From Armatimonadota bacterium (GTDB lineage Bacteria > Armatimonadota > UBA5829 > DSUL01), in assembly GCA_039811685.1 (NCBI GenBank), contig JBDHZC010000001.1:128001-192000 (forward strand): a DNA stretch of 64,000 nucleotides, in the 5' to 3' direction. The position numbers and the translations under genes were made by a program. Each line of letters begins with the position of its first letter. The stretch's first letter is position 1. Below are positions 9,943 to 20,598 of the stretch, one piece after another. The notes beneath the pieces are model-generated. The model worked only from the letters and a program-made list of their open reading frames with translations, did not search any database and had not been told where the DNA came from.

Positions 9943-10870
9943 CACTGTGCCTGAGAGCACACTGTCCGTCTCTGGTCAGAGCGCTTCGGACTATGCGGAA
10001 GACGCTTCCTCTCTTAGCGCGCCTGGCCCAGATCCGAATGGGCCGGGCGCGCTTTATGTTGTCGCAACGCCAATAGGAAATCTTGAAGACATCACGCTGC
10101 GAGCGCTGCGTATTTTGCGCGAAGCAGATCTGATTGCTTCTGAAGACACCCGAACGACTCTCAAGCTCCTTAGCCACTACGACATCCACACGCCTCTCAC
10201 GTCGTATCATCAGCACAGCAGGGGACATAAAGCTGCTGACATTCTGCATCGCATTGAGAAAGGCGCCAGCGTGGCGCTGGTCAGTGAAGCTGGCACGCCG
10301 GCAATAAGTGACCCGGGCCATGAACTGATCCGGGGGTGTATCGAGAAGGAACTCCGAGTGATTCCGATTCCTGGAGCTAGCGCTCTGATTACGTTGCTGA
10401 GCGCTGCCGGGTTGTCAACTTCAGCGTTCTGCTTTCTCGGTTTTCCACCTCGAAAGACGCTTGAGCGCGAGCGATTCTTTGAGACTCTATCGCGCGAACC
10501 CAGGACGATGGTGTTCTATGAATCTCCGAACCGGCTGCGACTGACGCTGGAGGCGATGGGCAGGAAACTAAGTGGGCGCCATATTTGTCTGGGACGTGAG
10601 CTCACAAAGATGTTCGAAGAGATATGGCGCGGAACGATTGAAGATGCCCTGACAGAATTTGGGACGCGACGGCCGAGAGGGGAGTTCGTTGTAGTTGTGG
10701 AAGGAGCAGCGCCGGATACCACGGACGTCGTGGAGGTAGAGAAGGAATACAGACGGCTGGCCGCTGAAGGAATGGACGATAAAGCCGCAGTCACGGCCCT
10801 GGCGAACTCGACTGGGTGGCCGCGGCGCGAGGTGTACGCGGCGATTCTGAAGTGGAAAGGCAAGAAATGA
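9911..10870 (+). CDS. rsmI: 16S rRNA (cytidine1402-2'-O)-methyltransferase
   Basis: LYVVATPIGNLEDITLRAL, EDTR, SEAGTPAISDPG, FYESPNR, RELTKMFEE; start uncertain. Confidence 0.95.
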   Translation: MTNPQRRRSADTVPESTLSVSGQSASDYAEDASSLSAPGPDPNGPGALYVVATPIGNLEDITLRALRILREADLIASEDTRTTLKLLSHYDIHTPLTSYHQHSRGHKAADILHRIEKGASVALVSEAGTPAISDPGHELIRGCIEKELRVIPIPGASALITLLSAAGLSTSAFCFLGFPPRKTLERERFFETLSREPRTMVFYESPNRLRLTLEAMGRKLSGRHICLGRELTKMFEEIWRGTIEDALTEFGTRRPRGEFVVVVEGAAPDTTDVVEVEKEYRRLAAEGMDDKAAVTALANSTGWPRREVYAAILKWKGKK

Positions 10871-11763
10871 CACTGCCAGTCACACGGTGGCGCTTGATTC
10901 TCAGTCTTGCTCTTTGCGTGGCGATTGCCGGTAGCTCCCGCATGCCGGTTGATGCTGACTCCGGGTGCGAACCAGCGCTGACCGCCAGGCTCGCTGAAAT
11001 TACGCTGTTGAAGTTGCCTCCAGATGTGCGCGCGCAGATTGCGCCTCTTGAGCTTGACCTGCGAGCTCGCCTCCAGACTCTACCGCTTTTCAAGAGCGAC
11101 GACCTTCGTTCCCAACTCCAGCTTATTTTCAAACAGTCAAAAGACAATGTTGCATCCGCCGATCTACTGGCTGCTGCTGCCAGGTCCGTTGTCGCTCTGG
11201 CTTTTGAAAAGCTGCAAAACGAAGAAAATGGCGCGGGATTTCTGAACGCCGTCGCTCTGCAAACTCAGTTGAGTGACGCTCCTCAACTCACGACTCAGCC
11301 TGTGACAGATCCAACTGCCGCTGCTGAGTCTTTGTCCAGTAAATCTGCCAAACTTCGTTCGGATGTGTTGTCGGCTACTAAGACCGGGGACTCTGCTTCC
11401 TTGGCGGCTCTGAGAAAGGGGTGTGTCGGCTGGGTTGCGCAGTCTCTGGCCGACGCGTGGGCAGGAATGCTGAGTATTCAGGCGCATCCTCAGGTTTCAA
11501 AGACAGTGACAGACGATCCGGAGGGTGACACAAATAACAAGACCGTGCTTCAAACAGGAGCGCCTCCCTCATCTGCCCAGGCTCCTTCCGGTTCCGGACC
11601 GTCCTCTGGCGGCAAAGCCATGTACATCGGAAATAAGCAGAGCAAGAAATTCCACAAACCGGGGTGCCGTATGGGGCCAGGGCCGTCCAATAGCGTACCT
11701 CTTTACAGCCGTCAGGAGGCGATTGACGGGAAATACACACCGTGTCGTGTCTGTAAGCCTTGA
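10867..11763 (+). CDS. Exported hypothetical protein with C-terminal Ada-type metal-binding domain
   Basis: ATGA overlap with the rsmI stop; signal-peptide-like N-terminus; C-terminal YIGNKQSKKFHKPGC...YTPCRVCKP. Confidence 0.75.
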   Translation: MTLPVTRWRLILSLALCVAIAGSSRMPVDADSGCEPALTARLAEITLLKLPPDVRAQIAPLELDLRARLQTLPLFKSDDLRSQLQLIFKQSKDNVASADLLAAAARSVVALAFEKLQNEENGAGFLNAVALQTQLSDAPQLTTQPVTDPTAAAESLSSKSAKLRSDVLSATKTGDSASLAALRKGCVGWVAQSLADAWAGMLSIQAHPQVSKTVTDDPEGDTNNKTVLQTGAPPSSAQAPSGSGPSSGGKAMYIGNKQSKKFHKPGCRMGPGPSNSVPLYSRQEAIDGKYTPCRVCKP

Positions 11764-11963
11764 GCCGTCCATATGCAGGGTGATGATCAGTGCGCGGTCA
11801 CCCGAAGGATGTGCTATACTCTTGGCGCTCCCGCCTGATTAGAAAGTCAGGAGGGGCGGGCGATCACTGCTCAAGTCGCCGCAATGCCGTCCAGAGCGCA
11901 ACACGACTGGCGCGTAGCTATGGCCGTTTACAGGCGCGCAACGCAGGAAGGAGTGCCCCTATT

Positions 11964-12302
11964 ATGCTAGACATCAAGCTGTCCCGGCTTGTCCGGACGC
12001 CTACTTCTGAGGTATTTCTGATCTGGGACACACAGGAGCGGCGCATCGGACAATTGCACTTGCACTACTCCCACGATACCATTCACGCAACGCTCATCTT
12101 TGAGGTCGAAGTGCCGCCAACGGACGAAGAGGCGCTCCTCGCAACGATCGATGAAGATATCGTTTCCAGCTATTTGCCAAGCTTCGACCGGGAAGATCTG
12201 TTCGTGACGGTCTTTCGTGGTGAGGAGGTATCTTCGTTCAGTTATGCTTCCAGCGGACTGGATGAAGATGATTTTGACGAAGATGATGATCACTCCGAGT
12301 AG
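11964..12302 (+). CDS. Small hypothetical protein with acidic C-terminal tail
   Basis: ATG 11964 after AAGGAG; MLDIKLSRLVRTPTSEVF...DEDDFDEDDDHSE. Confidence 0.7.
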   Translation: MLDIKLSRLVRTPTSEVFLIWDTQERRIGQLHLHYSHDTIHATLIFEVEVPPTDEEALLATIDEDIVSSYLPSFDREDLFVTVFRGEEVSSFSYASSGLDEDDFDEDDDHSE

Positions 12303-12400
12303 CAGAAAAAAGTGGAGTTTAGGGAGCGCGCCGCTTAGCAGTTTCCGTATAGAGGCTTGACGTCAAACCCGCCATTTGTAGATCGGACGGAGCACTTGAT

Positions 12401-15205
12401 TTGAGACAATCAGCCAGATATCGGATCGTTCTGCGTTGCCTGAGCTTTGTTGCCCTTGTTCTGATGACACTTGCCGTGCGTCCCGGCGACTGTGCTCCAG
12501 CGAATCAGAATATTGTTCAGCTACAGGCGCAGGCGCAGCAGTTGATGCAGAAAAAGCAGTACAGCAAAGCGCTGGATGTGCTGAAAAAGATCACTTCCCT
12601 CCAACCCGGCGATCAGCGGAGCTGGTTCAATCTGGGCATTGTGTCCTACGAAGCGAAGAATCTGGATGGCGCCAGGTGGGGCCTGTCCAGGGCGTACAAA
12701 CTCAACTCCACAAACGATATCGGCAAGCGTTCTCTTGGGATTCTTGAAAGCCTTCTGCAAAGCGCTGCTCAACAGGGAGATGTGGCGCAGGCCAAGAAAA
12801 TGGCGGAGACTGTGGAGGCCATCAATCCGCGCAACGCTTCCGTTCCATTTGCGCTCGGTTTACTGAGCACGAGAAAGAAAGAGTTCAACGAAGCCGCCCA
12901 TCAGTTCAGTCGCAGCGTAGAGCTCAATCCAAAGAACTTTGACGCGTGGATGAATCTGGGTTTTGCGCGGGCTAACGCAAAGGACTACGGAGCGGCCATT
13001 GAGGCGTACAACAAGGCGGCGGCGCTGAAGCCTTCAGACCCGCGTCCACAGGCTATGATAGCGCAGACGGCTTTGCAGGCCAATGATCTCAAAGCTGCAG
13101 AAAAGGGCTTCAAGTCGGTTGTCGCGTCTCAGCCGACCAACGTTTTGGCCAGACTCCAGTACGCTCAGGTGCTGGAGAAGCTCAACAAGTCACAGGATGC
13201 TCTGGTTCAGTATCAGAAGGCCGCTACGCTTGAACCGGGCAACTTCATTGCGCAGATGAATCTGGGGCGTCTTGAATACGGCGCCAGGAACTTCAAGGCT
13301 GCGGAAAAAGCTTACGAAGCAGCCGTGAAAGCGGACCCCAAGAGCAGTCTTGCCCTTGGAAATCTGGGGCTGGTAAAAAGTCTGACTGGCAAAAATTCTG
13401 AGGCTGAAGCCCTCTACAAAAAAGCTCTGGCTGCTGACCCCCGAAACGCCAATGCGTATGAAGGGCTGGCGTACGTTTACGAAGTGCAAAACAAGACACC
13501 CGAAGCAGTGACGGCGCTTGAAAAGGGGCGTGCGAAGATTGCCGATAAGCAGCAGAGAGCGGCAATGACGGAGCGCCTCGCCGGGCTTTATGAGCGACAG
13601 GGAAAGCAGGATCAGGCGCTCAGGCTCTGGGAAGAGCGCGCAGCGGAAACTCACTCCGCAGAAAGCTACCGCGCCATTGCTCGTGTCCAGTCTTCACGTA
13701 ACAAACTATCCGAAGCCGCCGAGGCTTATGAGCAGGCGGCAAAGGCGTCCAAAGACTCACAGCCGTTGTCTGACTATCTCTCAGCAGCGCAAATGTGGAG
13801 CAGGGCGGACCAGCCTGACAAAGCCATAGCCGACACCGATCTGGCAAAGAAGGCGGAGCCAAAAAAACTCGAGCCTTACTTCACTGCGGCGATTATCCTC
13901 AGTGACGAGGCGGTAAAAAGCGCACCTGACAAAGACCCGGCCAAGGCCGATTTTACGAAGGCGCTGGCAGAATACGATGCGGCGCTTAAGATAGATGGCA
14001 GCAGCACTCAGGCGCTTATCGGTAAGGCCGCGATCTACGAGCGTCAGCAGAAATACGATGAAGCCATAGCGCAGTACAGAAAGGTTGAAGAGGTCGCTGG
14101 GGATGAGCCCAACGCTCCTCAGATTCTCAGCAAGCTCGGCCTGCTGTTGACTGAGGCAAGCAAGCCGGACGAAGCTCTCGCAGAATACAAAAGACTCGCT
14201 GAGAAATATCCCAAAGATGCCGCTCTCCAGGTGAATCTGGCGGATGCCCTGAACAAGAAGGGTGACTATGACGCGGCGGTAAAGGCCTATGAAGAGGCTT
14301 ACACCCGTAATCCTAAAGTTACGGCTCCTCTGAGCAAAGCGGCCGAAGTGCTTTCGAAACAGGGCAAGAAAGATGAAGCTCGGGACATGTACCTGAGGCT
14401 AGCTGAGATAGACCCGACCGGATCAGATGCTCTACCCAAACTGAAGGACATCTACTCCGCAGAAGGCAAGACTGATGACTACAGGCAACTGCTGCGGCGC
14501 CTGGTGATGTCTCAGCCGAAAAGCGGTCCTCCGCCCTACGATCAGTTTCTTGAGGAATACGCGAAGGCCGGGCTCACTTCGGACGCAGTTCAGACATTTC
14601 AACAACTGGCAGCAAAACAGCCCGCCCCTGATATCCTTACTTACGAAGGCAAAGCTCTGCGCATGGCGGGTAAACCGAAGGAGTCTGTGCAGACGCTCAG
14701 CAAGGCCCTCAAAGCTCAGCCAGACAATCCGATGATACACAAGGAGCTGGCGTTGTCGTACCTTGATCTCAACAACACTGAGCGTGCGACGGCTCATCTT
14801 CAGCGTGTTGTAAATGCTCCGTTCTCTTTTGATTTTGACGCTCGCGACCGCCTCGCTGAGTTGTACGAAAAGCAGGGAAAGAAGAAAGAAGCAAGAGCTT
14901 TATACGAGCAGACCCTGCAGATGAATCCTGCAGACGAGAAGGCGCGTCAGGCCATTGATCGGATTGATGGAAAGCCCGTCGCCCAATCCAAACCTGTCGG
15001 CCCGACAAAGGCGGATGACCCTGGCCAGCCTGGGCAAGCCGTTCACTCCGGCGCGCTACCTGAGCCAGAAAAACCAGCTCAAGAGGCTGGGGCTTCAGCA
15101 ACTTCTGAATCTGACCCCTCCAGATCAAAGTCAGAGAAGGCCTCGCTGACACCCGTTACCGCTCCTTCGACAGAAACTACCTCGCCCAAGAGCAGTGGAC
15201 CTTAG
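12401..15205 (+). CDS. Large exported TPR-repeat protein
   Basis: Signal-peptide-like N-terminus, then many 34-aa repeats (e.g. AWMNLGFARANAKDYGAAIEAYNKAAALKP); Pro/Ser-rich tail. Confidence 0.9.
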   Translation: MRQSARYRIVLRCLSFVALVLMTLAVRPGDCAPANQNIVQLQAQAQQLMQKKQYSKALDVLKKITSLQPGDQRSWFNLGIVSYEAKNLDGARWGLSRAYKLNSTNDIGKRSLGILESLLQSAAQQGDVAQAKKMAETVEAINPRNASVPFALGLLSTRKKEFNEAAHQFSRSVELNPKNFDAWMNLGFARANAKDYGAAIEAYNKAAALKPSDPRPQAMIAQTALQANDLKAAEKGFKSVVASQPTNVLARLQYAQVLEKLNKSQDALVQYQKAATLEPGNFIAQMNLGRLEYGARNFKAAEKAYEAAVKADPKSSLALGNLGLVKSLTGKNSEAEALYKKALAADPRNANAYEGLAYVYEVQNKTPEAVTALEKGRAKIADKQQRAAMTERLAGLYERQGKQDQALRLWEERAAETHSAESYRAIARVQSSRNKLSEAAEAYEQAAKASKDSQPLSDYLSAAQMWSRADQPDKAIADTDLAKKAEPKKLEPYFTAAIILSDEAVKSAPDKDPAKADFTKALAEYDAALKIDGSSTQALIGKAAIYERQQKYDEAIAQYRKVEEVAGDEPNAPQILSKLGLLLTEASKPDEALAEYKRLAEKYPKDAALQVNLADALNKKGDYDAAVKAYEEAYTRNPKVTAPLSKAAEVLSKQGKKDEARDMYLRLAEIDPTGSDALPKLKDIYSAEGKTDDYRQLLRRLVMSQPKSGPPPYDQFLEEYAKAGLTSDAVQTFQQLAAKQPAPDILTYEGKALRMAGKPKESVQTLSKALKAQPDNPMIHKELALSYLDLNNTERATAHLQRVVNAPFSFDFDARDRLAELYEKQGKKKEARALYEQTLQMNPADEKARQAIDRIDGKPVAQSKPVGPTKADDPGQPGQAVHSGALPEPEKPAQEAGASATSESDPSRSKSEKASLTPVTAPSTETTSPKSSGP

Positions 15206-15319
15206 CGCAGTGTGCCGTAGCAGATCGGCGCTTTCGCCATACTGTGGCTCTCATTTTCCGTCGTTGAAGTCAGCAGCCTCGATCTCACAGAGCATATTTG
15301 GATACCGTAGAGACACGCA

Positions 15320-16855
15320 ATGCCTGAAGTGATACACTCGCCATCGGTGACTCCCGCAGACAATCAGACATCTGTCCTGGAGATGCGCAGTATCTCAAAA
15401 GCTTTCCCAGGGGTGCGCGCGCTGGATGGCGTGGACTTTGAAGTCAAGCGCGGCGAGGTGCATGCGCTTGTCGGGGAAAACGGTGCGGGCAAGTCTACAC
15501 TCATGAAGATTCTCGCCGGCGCGCAGAGTGCGGACAGCGGGGAGATCCTTCTGGACGGAGAAGCCGCTACTATTGACTCTCCGCAGAAAGCTATGGATCT
15601 TGGCATCAGCATCATCTACCAGGAGTTCAACCTGGTGCCATACCTGTCTGCAGCGGAAAACATATTTCTTGGTCGGGAGCCCCGAGCAGCCATTCCAGGC
15701 TTCGTGGACTTCCGCACAATGCATGCGCAAGCTCAGAGTCTGATCGATGATCTCGGGGTCAAGCTGGACATTCGAGAGACCGTCAACAGGCTGTCTGTCG
15801 CTCAGCAGCAGATGGTGGAGATCGCCAAAGCCACTTCGCGCCAGGCGCGCATCATCGCAATGGATGAGCCTTCCGCAACGCTGACCGATTATGAGCTGGC
15901 TCACTTGTTCGCACTCATTGAGCGGCTGAAGAGCCAGGGTGTGGCGATTGTGTACATCTCGCACCGGCTTGAGGAGATATTCCAGATCGCCGATCGAGTA
16001 ACGGTCTTTCGGGATGGGCACGTCGTTGGGACGCGCCCGGTTGGTGAGCTGGACCGCGAGACAGTTATCCAGATGATGGTTGGACGGGAGATCAAGCAAC
16101 AGATTCCCAAAGAGGCTGCGACTCCTGGCGAAGTCGTCCTTGAGTTGAAAAATGTCTCACGCGCAGGAGTTCTGAACAATATCTCCTTCGCTGTGCGGGC
16201 AGGCGAGATTGTGGGCCTCGCTGGCCTTGTGGGAGCGGGACGCACAGAAGTTGCGCGCGTGATATTTGGCGCTGACAGCTATGATTCTGGTGAAATCCTG
16301 CTCGATGGACAGCCTCTGCGCGTCAAAAACCCAAGAGATGCCATTGGCGCGGGTGTCGGACTCGTCACAGAAGACAGAAAAGCGTTGGGATTGATTCTGG
16401 GAATGGCCGTGCGGGAGAACATCACACTGGCCAACCTCGCGGAAGTGTCCCGCTTGTCGTTCATAAATCAGCGCAAAGAAAAGCAGGTCGCCCGCCAGTA
16501 TGTGGACGATCTCGCAATCAAAACGCCATCTGTCGAGCAGCAGGTTCAGAATCTCTCAGGTGGCAATCAGCAGAAAGTAGTTCTGGCAAAATGGCTTTTC
16601 ACTCAGTCCCGTGTTCTGATTTTTGATGAGCCCACACGAGGCATTGATGTTGGTAGCAAGGTGGAGATATATCAGCTAATGAATCGCCTGGCGGCCAACG
16701 GAACCGCGATCATTATGATCTCCTCCGAGTTGCCGGAAGTGCTGGGAATGAGCGATCGAATCGTCGTTATGCACGAAGGCTCCGTTGCGGGCGAGTTGTC
16801 GCGGAGTGAAGCGACTCAAGAGAAGATAATGCATCTGGCTACTGGTGGCCAGTGA
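15320..16855 (+). CDS. Monosaccharide ABC transporter ATP-binding protein (RbsA/MglA type, two NBDs)
   Basis: GENGAGKST, MDEPSA, LSGGNQQKVVLAKW, FDEPTRGIDVG. Confidence 0.95.
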   Translation: MPEVIHSPSVTPADNQTSVLEMRSISKAFPGVRALDGVDFEVKRGEVHALVGENGAGKSTLMKILAGAQSADSGEILLDGEAATIDSPQKAMDLGISIIYQEFNLVPYLSAAENIFLGREPRAAIPGFVDFRTMHAQAQSLIDDLGVKLDIRETVNRLSVAQQQMVEIAKATSRQARIIAMDEPSATLTDYELAHLFALIERLKSQGVAIVYISHRLEEIFQIADRVTVFRDGHVVGTRPVGELDRETVIQMMVGREIKQQIPKEAATPGEVVLELKNVSRAGVLNNISFAVRAGEIVGLAGLVGAGRTEVARVIFGADSYDSGEILLDGQPLRVKNPRDAIGAGVGLVTEDRKALGLILGMAVRENITLANLAEVSRLSFINQRKEKQVARQYVDDLAIKTPSVEQQVQNLSGGNQQKVVLAKWLFTQSRVLIFDEPTRGIDVGSKVEIYQLMNRLAANGTAIIMISSELPEVLGMSDRIVVMHEGSVAGELSRSEATQEKIMHLATGGQ

Positions 16856-16874
16856 TACGAACCTCTACTGGACG

Positions 16875-18002
16875 TTATTGTCCGGGCGGATCAAAGCTCG
16901 GAATGTCCAGTGCCTGCTCGGCCCCGTAGTCCTTGGGACTGATCTTTGCAGAGTCCGGCGCTTCGGCGCCAAAAAGCCCCTTGTCGAAGTCAGATGACAG
17001 ATTCTGAGGCGCAGGTTTGCGGATTCCTACAACTCGCGCAATAGGTGCGCGAATGTCGTGGCATATCTCCTCAGTTCTGAGCAGCTTCCCATCTTTCCAT
17101 ATCTCCCGCGTCAAGATTCTGTTGCATCCGGGAGCTCCTTTGGAAACCAGCTCCGGCTCCAGCCAATCGACGTCTGTGGTCGTGACACCGCCCGGAATAA
17201 AGCTCAGCCCTTTTTCCTTCAGGACGACGCGATAGGGCAATTTTGCGAATGACAATAGCTTCACGGAGACTTCTGAACTCGTGACACTGGTCTTGATCCA
17301 GATGGGACTGCCTGTATTGTTTTTGATGCGCAAGTCCTTAAGTCCGAACACCACCGCAGCGTCCCGTGTCGGCTCTGCATAACTGGTGGGTCCGGAGTGC
17401 ATCCAGCGCTGGGTGATGGGCAGACCTGCCAACAACGCTGCGTTGTACAGCGCAGTGGAAGCCACACAAACGCCACCGCCCGTACCCAGCACCACCTTGC
17501 CTGCAGAATACATCAGGCCTTCCTGATAGCCGCGTTCTGTCACTCTGGGTCCGGTGACGTCATTGAAAGAAAGGACACTGCCGGCAGGCATCATCAGGCG
17601 GTCCAGAGAGCTCAGCGCAAGAGTCAGATTCTCCAGCTCGGGCCCCTTCTGGTTGTGCTTGAAGGTGTACTCCGCAATTACCACACTGGGGCGCATCGCG
17701 GCCGCAGTCGCCAGACCGCGAAAGGCCAGTGAAGAGCGAAACTCTGTGACTGGCGCCACGAGCGCCTCAGTCAGCGGAGTGACGCACTCAGCCCACGAGG
17801 GTATGCCGCGATCACGAACAGACTGTTGAACCGAAACAGAGGAAGGTGGTAAGCTTGAGAATCTCTCTGCCGTCTGTGTCGAAAGCGAACGGCCTGTCAG
17901 TGGAAATGCGGCGAGAACGCAAAATGTGAGAGCGCTTCCCAGAATAGCGCGAATTGCGGTTGGCGTGGTCATCACCGTAATGTATAGCTCTTTCTCAAGC
18001 AA
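16875..18002 (-). CDS. VanW-family protein with possible C-terminal G5-like segment
   Basis: SFNDVTGPR...GYQEG, GGGVCVASTALYNAALLAGL, HS, DAAV, DLRIKNN; start probably near 17972. Confidence 0.85.
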   Translation of the reverse strand: MLEKELYITVMTTPTAIRAILGSALTFCVLAAFPLTGRSLSTQTAERFSSLPPSSVSVQQSVRDRGIPSWAECVTPLTEALVAPVTEFRSSLAFRGLATAAAMRPSVVIAEYTFKHNQKGPELENLTLALSSLDRLMMPAGSVLSFNDVTGPRVTERGYQEGLMYSAGKVVLGTGGGVCVASTALYNAALLAGLPITQRWMHSGPTSYAEPTRDAAVVFGLKDLRIKNNTGSPIWIKTSVTSSEVSVKLLSFAKLPYRVVLKEKGLSFIPGGVTTTDVDWLEPELVSKGAPGCNRILTREIWKDGKLLRTEEICHDIRAPIARVVGIRKPAPQNLSSDFDKGLFGAEAPDSAKISPKDYGAEQALDIPSFDPPGQ

Positions 18003-18359
18003 AAGTTCCTATCCAGAATATCGTCTCTTCAGAAGAGGAACTGGAGTCTGGCTCAGCCGCATTCTGCGGAGCAGATTTGACCGCCATCTAGTTGCCACGT
18101 CAGGCCATCCGGCGGGGTTGGATGAGTCTCGATGGCGCTTGGTCCAAGGTTTCCAGGCCAACTCATCTGGTCAATATCCATCTTAGCACAATTGGGAAAC
18201 TGTTCAGAGTGTGTAGCTGAACCCTTACACAAAACTAGACTGTATTGCATCGTCCAAGTCTTCGTGTCCATCCGGAAAAACCTGGCGGCGGTGAGGTTCT
18301 TGAATGGTGAGCGGTTTGCGGCATAATGTAGGCAGCCCGCCTGGATGCATGCACTATAA

Positions 18360-20507
18360 ATGTTGACAAAGAGCCACAGCAAAGCCTTGTTCACGCGCGC
18401 AGCATCTGCCTGCGCTATACTTGTCGCCCTTACTCTGTTGGTCTTTGCCCAGAGCGTTCATTTTGAGTTCGTCGGCTACGACGATCCCGACTACGTGTAT
18501 CAAAATCGCCATGTCCAGGAAGGGTTGTCTCTGCGATCAGTTGCCTGGTCATTTCGGGCTACGGAAAAAGGCACGTGGCAGCCTCTCACCTGGTTGTCTC
18601 TGATTGCTGACTACCAGATCTACGGCTTAAAGGCCGGTGGGTTTCACGCAACAAACGTCGCCCTTCACCTCTTCAGCGTTCTGCTGCTGTTCTGGTTCCT
18701 CCGGCGAGAGACTGGCGCAATTTGGAGAAGTTTTTTCGTAGCGGCGCTTTTCGCCATTCATCCGCTGCGTGTAGAGTCTGTGGCCTGGGTTACAGAGCGT
18801 AAGGACGTACTCTGTGGAGTGTTCTGGATGCTGGCTCTGTTGTCTTACGGCAGTTTCGTACGTCGAAGAGGAGTGTGGCGCTATGGGTGCGTGCTTTTCT
18901 GGTTTGCGTGCGCGCTCATGTCTAAACCGATGGCTCTCACACTTCCTCTCGCGCTGCTTTTGCTGGACTACTGGCCGCTGCAACGGCTCACCAATCGTAA
19001 AGGGTTCTCTGCGCTCGTCCGGGAGAAAATTCCACTGCTGGCTTTGGCCGTGCTGTCCGCTGCCGTCACCTTTTACGTGCAGAACAAGGCTGGGGCTGTT
19101 CGCTCAGTCGAAGAAATTCCAGTCGCTGCTCGCCTGCTAAATGTTCCTGTCGCCTACAGCGTGTATATTCTCAAGACGCTGTGGCCCAGCAATCTGGCAG
19201 TGCTCTATCCTCATCCAAGGATGCATATTCCGCTGTGGCAGGTGATCGCATCCGTCGGCGTTCTTGCAGGCGTCAGCTGGGGCGTCGCTCGCCCGGGAGG
19301 ACGGCAAAGGTATCTATCTGCAGGCTGGTGGTGGTATCTCCTGACGCTGCTACCAGTTATTGGCATTGTCCAGATAGGAGAGCACCAGTACGCGGATCGC
19401 TTCACCTACCTGCCTTGTATCGGGCTGTACATTATGGCGGTCTGGGGCGTAGGGGACTGGGCAAAGCGTTTTCAGATTAACCGCGCGGCTCTCGCACTCG
19501 GCGGCGCCACCGTGGTCACGGTTTTGACAGTTGTCGCGTGGCATCAGACAGCTTACTGGAAGAACAGCCTCACGCTCTTTCAGCACACCGTAGCTGTAAC
19601 CCGCAACAACAAGATTGCGGAGAACAACTATGGAGGCTTTCTGTCTCAGGCCGGCCGTCGAAGAGAAGCCATAGAGCACTACAGCCGCGCTCTGAAGATA
19701 GATCCGGAATATCCGATGGCCTGGGTCAATCTCGGGGTGGAATACCTGCACACGGGGGACATCTCAAAGGCCCTTGACGCCTTTCAGAAGGCGTTGAAAA
19801 AAACGCCGCATTCGTCTCTGTTTCAAGCGAACTACGCGCTGGCGCTGCAAAGGGCAGGGCGGTCAAAGGAAGCCGAGGAGGCGTACCTTGGCGCTCTTCG
19901 CTCCAACCCCTCAAGCCAGCTTGCGCTGCAGAACTACGGCTATTTCCTCCTTCAGCAGGGACGTGCGAAGGAGGCGCTGGATCAGTTTCGCTCCTATGTC
20001 GTTTACTGGCCAAACAGCTCTCACGGACACGTCCTGCTCGCGTTCGGGCTTCGAGCCAATGGCAGGGCTGGGGTTCGCGCAGAACTGGAGACCGCACTTC
20101 GCCTTGATCCACACGGCGCAGAGGCGCGTCTGAGACTGGGAGATACTCTCAAGGCTGAGGGCGACGTCTCTGCGGCGATCCGACAGTACCGCGCAGGCCT
20201 CAAGCACCATCCGCAACACTCTGAATTACTCAATAATCTCGCGTGGACGCTCGCGACAGCGTCGCAGAGCAATTTGAGGCGGCCGTCGGAAGCCCTGAAA
20301 CTGGCTGAATCCGCAGCCGCCTTGAAACCAGACGACCCGGGAGTGCTGGACACGCTTGCCGCCGCGCAAGCCGCAAACAAAGACTATGCTCAGGCTGTCA
20401 GGACACAGGAGAGAGTCGTCGCTCTCTTGCAGGGGGCTGGCGCACCGGCCAGTCAGGAGCGCCTGCGGCTCGCCTTGTACCGTCAGCGCCACCCCTACTA
20501 CCGTTAG
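18360..20507 (+). CDS. Multi-TM putative glycosyltransferase (TMTC-like, GT-C fold) with C-terminal TPRs
   Basis: YDDPDYV acidic pair, WQPLTWLS, HPLRVESVAWVTERKDVL, ADRFTYLP, many TM segments, then TPRs. Confidence 0.85.
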   Translation: MLTKSHSKALFTRAASACAILVALTLLVFAQSVHFEFVGYDDPDYVYQNRHVQEGLSLRSVAWSFRATEKGTWQPLTWLSLIADYQIYGLKAGGFHATNVALHLFSVLLLFWFLRRETGAIWRSFFVAALFAIHPLRVESVAWVTERKDVLCGVFWMLALLSYGSFVRRRGVWRYGCVLFWFACALMSKPMALTLPLALLLLDYWPLQRLTNRKGFSALVREKIPLLALAVLSAAVTFYVQNKAGAVRSVEEIPVAARLLNVPVAYSVYILKTLWPSNLAVLYPHPRMHIPLWQVIASVGVLAGVSWGVARPGGRQRYLSAGWWWYLLTLLPVIGIVQIGEHQYADRFTYLPCIGLYIMAVWGVGDWAKRFQINRAALALGGATVVTVLTVVAWHQTAYWKNSLTLFQHTVAVTRNNKIAENNYGGFLSQAGRRREAIEHYSRALKIDPEYPMAWVNLGVEYLHTGDISKALDAFQKALKKTPHSSLFQANYALALQRAGRSKEAEEAYLGALRSNPSSQLALQNYGYFLLQQGRAKEALDQFRSYVVYWPNSSHGHVLLAFGLRANGRAGVRAELETALRLDPHGAEARLRLGDTLKAEGDVSAAIRQYRAGLKHHPQHSELLNNLAWTLATASQSNLRRPSEALKLAESAAALKPDDPGVLDTLAAAQAANKDYAQAVRTQERVVALLQGAGAPASQERLRLALYRQRHPYYR

Positions 20508-20598
20508 CACTGGTTAGAAGCTTTTTCGGGCGCCTTTCGCATGCGTGTGATCGTGGGGTAAAATCACCATCGAAACTTGCTCAAGGAAAGGTCTGCCA

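Noticed and set aside
16875..18002. Vancomycin resistance
   Set aside because: VanW-family domains are widespread, and no vanHAX or vanRS cluster is present.
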